Shown: positions 8,578 through 17,473 of the stretch, one piece after another
How the letters are laid out: the number at the start of each line of letters is the position of its first letter
Numbering within the stretch: position 1 is the stretch's first letter
Source of the DNA: Eubacteriales bacterium
GTDB lineage: Bacteria > Bacillota > Clostridia > Oscillospirales > CAG-272
Length of the DNA stretch: 64,000 nt
Reading direction: 5' to 3'
NCBI GenBank assembly: GCA_045531485.1
Contig: JAZSEC010000024.1
Location: 3,666 to 67,665, forward strand
The notes under the pieces: model-generated
What the model saw: the letters and a program-made list of their open reading frames with translations, nothing else
Databases searched by the model: none
Told to the model about the DNA's origin: nothing
Program-made: the position numbers and the translations under genes

Positions 8578-9891
8578 ATGAAAAATCTGACTAGAATATT
8601 GGCGGCGTTGCTGCTTGTATTTGTATTAATATTCAATACCGTATCCTGCGATCTGATAAAGGATTACGTAAGCGGTAATCTCGGCGGAAATCAGGATAAC
8701 AACGACACCTCGGATCTTGCCTTTTATTTTGACGAGGCAACCACCGTTAAGATCGAGGTTGGAGAAAGCAAAGAGCTTAAGCTTGTCAAGGACGAGGCTC
8801 TTACGGGCGAGGTTATCTGGACAAGCAGTAACAGCTGTGCGGCGGTAGAAAACGGTGTGGTTACCGGTATATCCGTAGGCAAGGCTGTTATCAAGGCGGA
8901 GCTTGGAAGCAAATACGACAGACTTATCGTAGACGTCAAAGCAAAAAGCGGCTCCGACAGCGATGGCGAGGAGGATGACGGACGTGGAGATACCGTTATC
9001 GTTCCCGGCACCGAGGATCCCGTTACCTCCGACCCCTACGTCAACGTTGATAAAGAGGAGTTCTACGCAAATTACACCCCTGCAAAGAGCTATATGGATT
9101 CCTATTACAGAAGCCAACATAATCTTATGTCTGGTAGCATCAACGAGCAGGACCAGGAGCCCTCTGTATCGGATTTCAGGCCTACGTATAGCGGAAAATA
9201 CGTCAGAAACAATCTTTACCTCTTCTCTGAGGACGGAAATACATATTACGTGGTTGACTGCTACGGTGAGGTTGCCTTTGAGATCTATAAGGGTGGTGCC
9301 TACGTAGTTCTTGAGGAGGTTGCGGCATACGTATTTGCCTTTGGCGAGCCTCCTGCAAACCATTCGGATTCTAAGAAAACCAAGCCCTCCCAGAGTGAGT
9401 GGGGCATTTACCTCAGGGTAAATAACACCAAATTCAGCGGTGATACCTCAAAATATCCATACGAGCCTGTGCTTCCCCGCATTTCCGGCTGTGGCGGAGA
9501 TCTTACCTACTATGAAATGGATATTGGAACGACCGGTACAGACTGTGACCCGGGCTATGCTGTCCGTCCCTACAACAACGGTAGCTCAATAACCAGAGGT
9601 GCGGCAAGAATCGTCTATTCCTGCAAGGACAGAAATGGCAATAAAATCATTGACCTTGACGAAAGATACGTGTTCTACACCTATAATCACTATAACGATT
9701 TCCAGGAATACCTGAACTACCTCGGTGGATGGGGTGAGATGTTTGGCAACGTTACCGGTGGCGGAACGCTGTCCAGCAAGACGCACTATAATCCTACCCC
9801 CTACGTTGCCGTTCATTTCGGCAGCCTGAAGGAGATATCCTCTAGGGCGATACTCTATTGCTACCTTCCTAAAAAGGAGTATGCGGCATAA
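8578..9891 (+). CDS. Secreted lipoprotein: Big_2 (bacterial Ig-like) domain plus a barnase / RNase Sa-family (microbial N1/T1-type) ribonuclease domain
   Basis: RBS GAGGAAAA before ATG 8578; lipobox NTVSC. The Big_2-like segment is VKIEVGESKELKL...IWTSSNSCAAVENGVVTGISVGKAVIKAEL. The RNase domain (about 9304-9711) has LEEVAAYVFAFGEPPANH (barnase FDGVADYLQTYHKLPDNY) and TYYEMDI (barnase WREADI, catalytic Glu). It also has TRGAARIVYS (FRNSDRILYS, two Arg) and FYTYNHYNDF (YKTTDHYQTF, catalytic His). Confidence 0.75.
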   Translation: MKNLTRILAALLLVFVLIFNTVSCDLIKDYVSGNLGGNQDNNDTSDLAFYFDEATTVKIEVGESKELKLVKDEALTGEVIWTSSNSCAAVENGVVTGISVGKAVIKAELGSKYDRLIVDVKAKSGSDSDGEEDDGRGDTVIVPGTEDPVTSDPYVNVDKEEFYANYTPAKSYMDSYYRSQHNLMSGSINEQDQEPSVSDFRPTYSGKYVRNNLYLFSEDGNTYYVVDCYGEVAFEIYKGGAYVVLEEVAAYVFAFGEPPANHSDSKKTKPSQSEWGIYLRVNNTKFSGDTSKYPYEPVLPRISGCGGDLTYYEMDIGTTGTDCDPGYAVRPYNNGSSITRGAARIVYSCKDRNGNKIIDLDERYVFYTYNHYNDFQEYLNYLGGWGEMFGNVTGGGTLSSKTHYNPTPYVAVHFGSLKEISSRAILYCYLPKKEYAA

Positions 9892-9914
9892 TTCTTTCAC
9901 AGGTTTTATAAAAC

Positions 9915-9950
9915 AAAAAAGACGAAAATCGCTTGATTTTCGTCTTTTTT
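9915..9950. terminator. Bidirectional terminator between the convergent RNase and surE genes
   Basis: aaaaaa-gacgaaaatc-gctt-gattttcgtc-tttttt. Confidence 0.85.
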
Positions 9951-9968
9951 CTTTCTTTTTGTAATGTT

Positions 9969-10697
9969 TTATTTACAAATTTCCTTAATTTTTTCAAATG
10001 CCACGAAGTTCGTGCGGTTGTGAACAAGAGGAGTTATGGACACAAATCCATCTCTTACGCTATCGGTATCAAGCTCGTCGTCACCCTCGTTTTCCATTAT
10101 GATATGACCGCCCTGCTCCCACATATCATCACCGAGATACTTATACTCGTCGTGGAAGTATACGCCGCCCTGCTTGGTCACTCTGATCTCACCGTGAGCG
10201 TCAGGCAGATTTACGTTATAAAGCATATTTTCTTCAAGGAGGTGGTTATCCATAATGAAATTATAAGCCTTATCAAGATGAGCACGTGCACCGTCAAGAG
10301 TAGTGGGCTCGGTGGAAAAGGCAATGCCGGGTATACCAAGTCTGCCGCCCTCGAAAATTGCACCTGCAGTTCCCGAATAAACGATATCCTTACCCAGATT
10401 AAAGCCACGGTTAATGCCCGAAAGAATAAGGTCGAACTGACCCTTCATGCCAAGAACGGCATATCTGATACAGTCGGCGGGTGTGGAGTCCATAGAATAG
10501 GCGGTAACGCCCTCCATAAGATCAACCTTCTTTATCTCTATGGGTCTGGTGAAGTCGATGGCGTGGCTCTTGCCGCTCTGCTCCACCTTAGGTGCTACGA
10601 CGGTAACCTCACCCTTTGTTTTAGCCCACTCTGCCAAAAACGCTATTCCCTCGGCAAAAATGCCGTCGTCGTTGGTTATAAGTATTCTCATAGCCAC
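9969..10697 (-). CDS. surE: 5'/3'-nucleotidase SurE
   Basis: The N-terminus MRILITNDDGIFAEGI...VTVVAPKVEQSGKSHA matches the SurE hallmark (ILxSNDDG ... VVAP...SG). 242 aa. Its start overlaps the stop of the upstream DHH gene by 10 nt. Confidence 0.9.
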   Translation of the reverse strand: MAMRILITNDDGIFAEGIAFLAEWAKTKGEVTVVAPKVEQSGKSHAIDFTRPIEIKKVDLMEGVTAYSMDSTPADCIRYAVLGMKGQFDLILSGINRGFNLGKDIVYSGTAGAIFEGGRLGIPGIAFSTEPTTLDGARAHLDKAYNFIMDNHLLEENMLYNVNLPDAHGEIRVTKQGGVYFHDEYKYLGDDMWEQGGHIIMENEGDDELDTDSVRDGFVSITPLVHNRTNFVAFEKIKEICK

Positions 10698-11668
10698 CCC
10701 TTGTTATTTTCCTTATATTCCTTAAGTCTTGCATCTGCATCTGCAATAAGGCTTTCCATTTCCTCTACCGAATATACGGTTGCACCTGCGGCACACGCGT
10801 GGCCGCCTCCGCGATACTTTTCACCGATGGAGTTGATGGTTACGAATCTGGAACGAAGGCGAACTCTGATGCTGCCGTCGTCATTGTCGATAAATGCAAG
10901 CCAGATAAGGCTGTTCTTGATGGAATCCATAAGAGAAACCGAAGCACTGGCATCCTCCTGAGAAAGACCAAATCTCTCCTGCATCTCCTTTGTAACGTGG
11001 AGATATGCAACGCCGTTCTCGGTGATCTTCATCTCACCGTAGGCGTAGGCCTCAAACTTATAAACGTGGAAGTCCTTCATATAGAGATTTGCATACATCT
11101 TATCGGTGTCTATACCGATATCAAGAAGCATACCTGCAAGACGCATTGTGTCGCCCGACACATCTCTGAATCTGAAGCGGCCGGAGTCGGTAACCATACC
11201 GCAATAAATGTAGGTAGCCGCCTCGCTGTCGATCTTAAGCTCATCCTTGAAGGTGGCGTAGAAGTCTGCGATCATCTCGCAGGCGGAGGAACGCTCCTCC
11301 TCAACCCACATAGGCTCGCCATAGGGGGCGATATTGATATGATGGTCGATCTTGATAAGCTCACGGCAAAGGGCGAATTTCTGATTCGAGATCCTTTCCT
11401 TTGTACCGGTGTCAATAACGATGCCCAGTGCATCGGCGTAAAGCTCGTCTGCAATAGGTGCATCCTCATCACCGAGGAAGGACATATATTCTGCAAAATC
11501 GGCATTCTGAAGAAGGATCTCCTTCTCGGGATAGGTAAGCTTCAGTATTCTCTGAAGTCCCTTGGTAGAGCCGGTAGCATCACCGTCGGGTCTTTTGTGA
11601 CGGAAGATGATGATTCTGTTATATTCCTTGATTTTATCAAGTATCTGCTTTTTAACCTCGTAATTCAT
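10688..11668 (-). CDS. nrnA: DHH/DHHA1 phosphoesterase, NrnA-like nanoRNase / pAp phosphatase
   Basis: Motifs FRHKRPDGDATGS, VIDTG, IDHHIN (DHH) and GGGHACAAGA (DHHA1 GGGH). 326 aa. Confidence 0.85.
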   Translation of the reverse strand: MNYEVKKQILDKIKEYNRIIIFRHKRPDGDATGSTKGLQRILKLTYPEKEILLQNADFAEYMSFLGDEDAPIADELYADALGIVIDTGTKERISNQKFALCRELIKIDHHINIAPYGEPMWVEEERSSACEMIADFYATFKDELKIDSEAATYIYCGMVTDSGRFRFRDVSGDTMRLAGMLLDIGIDTDKMYANLYMKDFHVYKFEAYAYGEMKITENGVAYLHVTKEMQERFGLSQEDASASVSLMDSIKNSLIWLAFIDNDDGSIRVRLRSRFVTINSIGEKYRGGGHACAAGATVYSVEEMESLIADADARLKEYKENNKGWL

Positions 11669-11669
11669 T

Positions 11670-12608
11670 TTACGCCTCCTCTGTCTGTGCGATAAGGTCG
11701 GCGAGAAGCATCATAGCCTCCTCGCGATTTTTTAGAGTAGCACCGCTGGCCTTCTGATGTCCGCCACCGCCGTACTTTACTGCTATGGGATTGATGTTAT
11801 GGGTGTTGGAACGGATCTCGCAGAGAACTCCGTCGTCGGTTTCGGTGAAGTTGACCCAGTTTTCGATGCCGCGGATCTCACCCATTACGTTTACCATACC
11901 GCGTGAGATGGTGAAGTTATCGGCACCGTAGCTCTTAGCCTCCTCCTTGTCGGTATAGATGTAGGCTACCTTGGGAGAGGCAAGCTGTATTTTAAGGGTG
12001 AATTTTGCTCTGAGCTGAATGAAGAAAAGCTCGTCGGCATAGAGATTTCTGTAAATTGTGGAGGTGTCGAACTTACGCTCCATAAGGAAGGATGCAACGC
12101 GGAAGGTTTCGGCACTGGTGGAGTCGTATCTGAAGCGGCCGGAATCGGTGATCATACCGGTGTAAAGCGTCTTGGCACAGATGGGAGAAACGGTAAAGCC
12201 GCCATCCTTAAGCATAGCCGCAACAAGACCTGCACAGCTCTCATAGGAGGTAGCGGTGATCTCCTCGTCGCAGATCTTCTCTACGAAGAGATGGTGATCC
12301 ATTCTGGCGGTCGCCTCAGCGAGAGTGTATCTGTCGTCCGAGATAAGCGATTTTGCCGAGGTGTCAAGAACGATAGCAAGAGCACCCTTGTAAAGCTCGT
12401 CACCGATAACGTCCATAGGCTGAGTGAGCATAAATTCATAGCGGGGGGTCATATCGCCAACCGCGTAAACCTCTTTTTCGGGATAGGTATCCTTGATTGC
12501 ATGTAAAAGACCAAGCTGGCTGCCAAGGGCATCTCCATCGGGATTTTTATGACGGTGAATGATGATTCTGTCATACTTTTTAATTAAAGCAAGTATTTTT
12601 TCAAACAT
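11670..12608 (-). CDS. nrnA: DHH/DHHA1 phosphoesterase, second NrnA-like paralogue
   Basis: Motifs HRHKNPDGDALGS, VLDTS, MDHHLF and GGGHQKASGA. Start taken at the ATG (12608) preceded by GAAAGGA rather than the track start at 12647. Confidence 0.85.
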   Translation of the reverse strand: MFEKILALIKKYDRIIIHRHKNPDGDALGSQLGLLHAIKDTYPEKEVYAVGDMTPRYEFMLTQPMDVIGDELYKGALAIVLDTSAKSLISDDRYTLAEATARMDHHLFVEKICDEEITATSYESCAGLVAAMLKDGGFTVSPICAKTLYTGMITDSGRFRYDSTSAETFRVASFLMERKFDTSTIYRNLYADELFFIQLRAKFTLKIQLASPKVAYIYTDKEEAKSYGADNFTISRGMVNVMGEIRGIENWVNFTETDDGVLCEIRSNTHNINPIAVKYGGGGHQKASGATLKNREEAMMLLADLIAQTEEA

Positions 12609-12657
12609 ATTTAGTCCTTTCAGGGCCACATTTACCCAGTTTATCATTAACTAAAAT

Positions 12658-12686
12658 ATTATATCATAAAACGACAAAAAATGCAA
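12658..12686 (-). promoter_or_regulatory. Sigma-70-type promoter for the nrnA-nrnA-surE unit
   Basis: The minus strand reads TTGCAT, 17 nt, then TGATATAAT. Confidence 0.5.
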
Positions 12687-12896
12687 CGGATATTTTTAAG
12701 GATTACTTTTTTATTGCTTTTACAAGGTAAAATTTACGGTAATTTTTCTATTAAAACCGCTTCTGCAGACTAAAAAAGCGGATCAAACGGACGACCTGTA
12801 TGAATAAAGGAAAATATCGCTTTTGGTGTGTCAATTTTTTATCTATGTTTTTGTCTAGTTTTCACAAACTTATATTTAATTATTATATAAGACGTG

Positions 12897-12925
12897 TTGA
12901 CTTTAATATTTTTCAATGTTAAAAT
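12897..12925 (+). promoter_or_regulatory. Sigma-70-type promoter for malQ-pulA
   Basis: TTGACT, 17 nt, then TAAAAT. It leaves an approximately 100-nt leader. Confidence 0.55.
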
Positions 12926-13029
12926 AAAATGAGACCGAATGGTCAGGCGAGAGTCATACCTTTGATTCATTCTCCTTACTCTCCCCCTTCGGCATACGTC
13001 GCTTCGCGGCGGAAAGGAAAATACTCATT

Positions 13030-14544
13030 ATGATCGACCTTAAAAAGAATTTCGGTTTTCGTCACAAGAGTGGAATCCTCCTTCCCATAAGCTCTCTTCC
13101 CTCGGCTTACGGAATAGGCTCCTTTGGCAAGAGTGCATACGACTTTGTGGATTTCCTGGCGGAAACTAAAACAAAATGCTGGCAGGTTTTACCCCTTAAC
13201 CCCACCTCCTACGGTGATAGCCCATATCAGTCCCCTGCAGCCGTGGCGGGCAACCCCTATTTTATCGACCTTGACATTCTCGCCAAGGCGGGTCTGCTTA
13301 CCAAGGATGAGCTTAAGGAGAACAGACACGACACCGTAAGAGTTGATTACGGCTGGCTCTTCAACACCAGATACACTCTGCTCAGAAAGGCCTATGCAAG
13401 ATTCCTTGAAAAAGGCGGAAGCAAGACCGCAGCATATAAAAAATACGTAAAGAACAACGCTCACTGGCTTCCCGACTACTCTCTGTTCATGGCACTTAAG
13501 GTGCATTACAACCACGCGGTATGGACAGGATGGGCTGAGGAGCACAGAAACGTTAAGCTGGCGAGAGAACACCGTGCGGAATTCGAGGCTGAGTGCGGAT
13601 TCTGGGAGTGGATCCAGTACGAATTCAGCTCTCAGTGGCAGAATCTGCTTGCCTATGCTCACAGCAAGGGCATTATGATCATCGGCGATATGCCTATTTA
13701 CGTTGCACACGACAGTATGGACGTATGGCAGGCACCCGAACAGTTCCTCCTTGACGAGAACTACAATCCCACCGTCGTTGCCGGCTGTCCCCCCGATGGC
13801 TTCTCTCCCGACGGTCAGCTTTGGGGCAACCCCATCTACAACTGGACGCTTATGGAAACCGACGGCTTCTCCTGGTGGCAGAAGAGAGTTCGTGAGAGCT
13901 TCAAGATCTACGATATTCTCCGTATCGACCACTTCAGAGGCTTTGCGGGATATTATAACATTCCCTACGGCGATACCACCGCAAGACGCGGCAAGTGGGA
14001 CAGTGCTCCCGGTATCGCACTCTTCAGAACCATCGCAAGAAGCTTCCCCAAGGCAAAGATCATTGCCGAGGACCTGGGCTTTATTACTCCCGACGTGCGT
14101 GAGCTTCTTGACGACTGTGGCTTCCCCGGTATGAAGATCCTTCAGTTCGCATTCTACGACGAGGATGCAGAGTACCTTCCCAGAGTATATCCCCACTCCA
14201 ACTGCGTTGTTTATTCAGGCTCTCACGATGCTGACTGCACAAAGAGCTGGATAAAGAATCTCTCCGAGGAGTCGGTTAAGGCAAGATTCAAGAGAGAGTG
14301 TCCCTCTCGAAAGGGTCAGAGCCGTACCTACGACGTGATCGAGCTTGCTATGACCAGCCGAGCAAACCTGGCGGTTATTCCTATGCAGGACTATCTCGAG
14401 CTTACCAACGAGGAAGGCAGAATGAACACTCCTGCAGTGGCTGAGGGCAACTGGAACTGGCGTCTTTCCAAGAGATACAGAACCGCATCCCTTACCAAGA
14501 GGATCAAGGAGATGACCGAGCGTAGCGGACGTGCTACCAAGTAA
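13030..14544 (+). CDS. malQ: 4-alpha-glucanotransferase (amylomaltase, GH77)
   Basis: GILLPISSLPSAYGIGSFG, WQVLPLNPTSYGDSPYQS, LRIDHFRGF and IAEDLG are canonical MalQ motifs. 504 aa. Confidence 0.9.
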   Translation: MIDLKKNFGFRHKSGILLPISSLPSAYGIGSFGKSAYDFVDFLAETKTKCWQVLPLNPTSYGDSPYQSPAAVAGNPYFIDLDILAKAGLLTKDELKENRHDTVRVDYGWLFNTRYTLLRKAYARFLEKGGSKTAAYKKYVKNNAHWLPDYSLFMALKVHYNHAVWTGWAEEHRNVKLAREHRAEFEAECGFWEWIQYEFSSQWQNLLAYAHSKGIMIIGDMPIYVAHDSMDVWQAPEQFLLDENYNPTVVAGCPPDGFSPDGQLWGNPIYNWTLMETDGFSWWQKRVRESFKIYDILRIDHFRGFAGYYNIPYGDTTARRGKWDSAPGIALFRTIARSFPKAKIIAEDLGFITPDVRELLDDCGFPGMKILQFAFYDEDAEYLPRVYPHSNCVVYSGSHDADCTKSWIKNLSEESVKARFKRECPSRKGQSRTYDVIELAMTSRANLAVIPMQDYLELTNEEGRMNTPAVAEGNWNWRLSKRYRTASLTKRIKEMTERSGRATK

Positions 14545-14588
14545 TTTTGTGTTTTATTAAAATTTTATATACGAAAGGAAACTTTACT

Positions 14589-17456
14589 ATGAGAAATCGT
14601 GTATTATCTCTCATTCTCGTAGCGATAATGCTTTTCGGCATTTGCGTCAGCACAGCATCCTGTGCACAGCTTGAGGCGTTCGTAGGCTACGAAAACCTGG
14701 GTGAGGATTATATGAACAAGTACTACCCCAACGGTATCGGCGGCGGCGACGGTGACGGCGACGGCGACGGTGATGGCGATGGCGATAGCGGCAACGGCGG
14801 CAGCCAGGGCGGCGGTCAGGGTGGTAACACCGTGGCTAACCAGCACGACCCCGACGTTGTAAGAGAAGAGGGCTGTAACCTTATTACCTTCTTCTGGAAC
14901 AATCCCCTTTGGGTTAAGGATCCCGCTAAGCTTGCACAGTGTGATATCTGGTGCTGGTGGGATGGCGGCGAAGGCGGCGGCCGTATGATGAAGCCCTGTG
15001 CTTACGGTGCAATGCTTACTCTTAACATTCCTAAGGACGTTACCGAGGTTGGTTTCATAGTACGTACCGGCTGTAGCGATCCCGGTGGAACATCCTGGGG
15101 TAATGCTAGTAAGGACTGCGGTCCCGATGACCTTTTCGCTACTATCGAGGGTGAGGATACCTTCATCTATCTTCGTGGCGGTAAGGGTGATGCTAACCAA
15201 TATCATAGCTATGACGGAGGAAAAACTCTTCAAGTGATTCAGAAATTCAATCTTGCGGGCATGACCGATACTAACAAGATCGAGTACATCGTTACTCCCG
15301 CTACTAAGTTTACAAGCCTTGATCAGTTCAAGGTATTTGATGGCGACAGAGAGATCAAGATCTCCGGCGTAAACAGCCTTAACAGAACAAGCACCACCGG
15401 TGTAATTACTGTTGAGGAAACCCTTGATATTACTAAGACATATACCGTTGTACTCGACGGCTTTGAGGATCCCAAGGCGGTAGTTCCCACCGAGATCTTC
15501 GACACCGATGCGTTTGCTAAGGAATATCACTATGACGGCAACGACCTCGGTGCAGTTATCAACGGTAATAATACTACCTTCAAGGTATGGGCTCCCACCG
15601 CTTCTAAGGTTGTGCTTAACCTCTTCAAGAGCGGCCACGAGGGCGAGGCATACAAGACCGTTGATATGGTAAGAGGCAGCAAGGGCGTTTGGTCCTATAC
15701 CGAGGCTTGCGGCCACGGAACCTACTATACCTACACCGTAACCACCGCTGTTGGCACTCAGGAGGCAGTTGACCCCTATGCAAAGGCAGCAGGTCTTAAC
15801 GGTAACCGCGGCATGGTAGTTGATCTTTCTCTCACCGACCCTGAGGGCTGGGCTGAGGATCAGAAGTTCAACACCGGTATCGACAACTACTCCGACGCTA
15901 TCGTATGGGAGATCCACGTAAGAGACTTCTCCAATACTATCGACTTCGGCAGTGACGCGGACAACGAAAAGTATCGCGGCACCTACCTTGCATTCACCAA
16001 GGAGGGTCTTGTAAATCAGTACGGCGTTCCCGTAGGTATCGATTACCTCAAGGCTCTTAACGTTAACTTCGTTCACATTCTTCCTATGTACGACTATGCG
16101 ACCGTTAAGGAAGAGGATCCCAACAGTGGCTTCAACTGGGGCTACGATCCCAAGAACTACAACGTTCCCGAGGGAAGCTATTCCACCGATCCCTACAACG
16201 GTGAGGTAAGAATCAAAGAGCTTAAGCAGATGGTTATGGCTCTTCACGACGCAGGCATCGGCGTAGTTATGGACGTTGTTTATAACCACACCTTCGATAA
16301 GAACGCTTGCTTCAACAGAATCGTTCCTTATTACTACTACAGATATAAGCCCAACGGTGCTAACTCCTCCGGCTCCGGCTGTGGTAACGATACCGCATCC
16401 GAGAGATACATGTTCGGTAAGTTCATGGTAGACTCTACCAGCTACTGGATGGATGAGTACAACCTTGACGGATTCCGTTTCGACCTTATGGGTCTTCACG
16501 ACATTAACACCATGCAGAGAGTAGAGAGTGCAGTTCATAAGCTCAATCCTCAGGCTATCCTTTACGGTGAGGGCTGGACTATGATGCAGAACTCCTATGA
16601 CACCTCTCTCCGAGCTGCTACCCAGGGTAACATCTCCCGTATTCAGCCCACCAACGGCGGTATCGGTGCAGTTGCAGTATTCAACGACATCATCCGTACC
16701 GGTCTTAAGGGCGAGAGCGATGACAAGTCCAAGGGTTACATCAACGGCAAGACCGACGACTATACCAGAAGAAGAGTTCTCTTCGGTGTAAACGGCGGTA
16801 TGGGCTCCGGTGCAGGTGCAAGCTGGAATACTCCCAACGCGATGGTTGTAAACTACATGTCCGCACACGATAACTCTACTCTGTGGGATAAGCTTACAAT
16901 CGCAAACGGCAACAGCTCCAAGAGCACAAGACTTGCTATGAACCGTCTGGGTGCTACTATACTCTTCGTATCCAAGGGTATCGTATTCTTCCAGGCAGGT
17001 GAGGAGATGCTTCGTTCCAAGCCTAACGATAAGTACGAGTACGGCTTCGACCACAACTCCTACAAGTCCTCCGATGAGATCAACAACCTTAAGTGGGACG
17101 TTCTTAAGCCCGGCTCCGACGAGTACAATATGTTCAAGTACTACGCAGGTCTTGGAGATATCAGAAGAAACATCGATATCTTCTCTAACCACAACGTAAG
17201 CTTCACCACATATCCTCACTCGGATAACTCCGGCTTCAGCATCGTTATTGACGACGGAAACGGCGGCAAGGCATACGTTATCGTTAACCCCGATCAGTAC
17301 AAGTCCATCAGCTACACCCTTGACGGCAGCTATGAGCTTATCTGTGACGGCGTTACCGCAGGCACTACAAGCCTCCGTACCTGCAGTGGCTCTATCTCCG
17401 TTCCTCCCTGCTCTGCTTACATTCTTGTAAAGAGCAGCCTTCTTCCCGGTAAATAA
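14589..17456 (+). CDS. pulA: Type I pullulanase (GH13) lipoprotein
   Basis: RBS AAAGGA before ATG 14589; lipobox TASC then a GD/GGQ linker. GH13 regions VVMDVVYNHT, GFRFDLMG, YGEGW and YMSAHDN, plus N-terminal CBM-like modules. Confidence 0.9.
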   Translation: MRNRVLSLILVAIMLFGICVSTASCAQLEAFVGYENLGEDYMNKYYPNGIGGGDGDGDGDGDGDGDSGNGGSQGGGQGGNTVANQHDPDVVREEGCNLITFFWNNPLWVKDPAKLAQCDIWCWWDGGEGGGRMMKPCAYGAMLTLNIPKDVTEVGFIVRTGCSDPGGTSWGNASKDCGPDDLFATIEGEDTFIYLRGGKGDANQYHSYDGGKTLQVIQKFNLAGMTDTNKIEYIVTPATKFTSLDQFKVFDGDREIKISGVNSLNRTSTTGVITVEETLDITKTYTVVLDGFEDPKAVVPTEIFDTDAFAKEYHYDGNDLGAVINGNNTTFKVWAPTASKVVLNLFKSGHEGEAYKTVDMVRGSKGVWSYTEACGHGTYYTYTVTTAVGTQEAVDPYAKAAGLNGNRGMVVDLSLTDPEGWAEDQKFNTGIDNYSDAIVWEIHVRDFSNTIDFGSDADNEKYRGTYLAFTKEGLVNQYGVPVGIDYLKALNVNFVHILPMYDYATVKEEDPNSGFNWGYDPKNYNVPEGSYSTDPYNGEVRIKELKQMVMALHDAGIGVVMDVVYNHTFDKNACFNRIVPYYYYRYKPNGANSSGSGCGNDTASERYMFGKFMVDSTSYWMDEYNLDGFRFDLMGLHDINTMQRVESAVHKLNPQAILYGEGWTMMQNSYDTSLRAATQGNISRIQPTNGGIGAVAVFNDIIRTGLKGESDDKSKGYINGKTDDYTRRRVLFGVNGGMGSGAGASWNTPNAMVVNYMSAHDNSTLWDKLTIANGNSSKSTRLAMNRLGATILFVSKGIVFFQAGEEMLRSKPNDKYEYGFDHNSYKSSDEINNLKWDVLKPGSDEYNMFKYYAGLGDIRRNIDIFSNHNVSFTTYPHSDNSGFSIVIDDGNGGKAYVIVNPDQYKSISYTLDGSYELICDGVTAGTTSLRTCSGSISVPPCSAYILVKSSLLPGK
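14745..14786 (+). repeat. 6-bp coding repeat (Gly-Asp) x7
   Basis: ggcgac ggtgac ggcgac ggcgac ggtgat ggcgat ggcgat, in the pullulanase linker. Confidence 0.9.
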
Positions 17457-17473
17457 TTGAATAATTAAATACC

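Noticed and set aside
9586-9900. A 104-aa minus-strand ORF at the RNase gene 3' end as a possible barstar-like immunity gene.
   Set aside because: It lies entirely antisense within the RNase coding region, has no RBS, and shows no resemblance to barstar.
12648-13029. A possible riboswitch or small gene in the 380-bp nrnA/malQ spacer.
   Set aside because: It contains two divergent promoters and only weak hairpins (for example ccgctt...aagcgg at 12757-12781). I found no recognisable riboswitch core and no ORF with an RBS. The approximately 100-nt malQ leader stays unexplained but is unremarkable.
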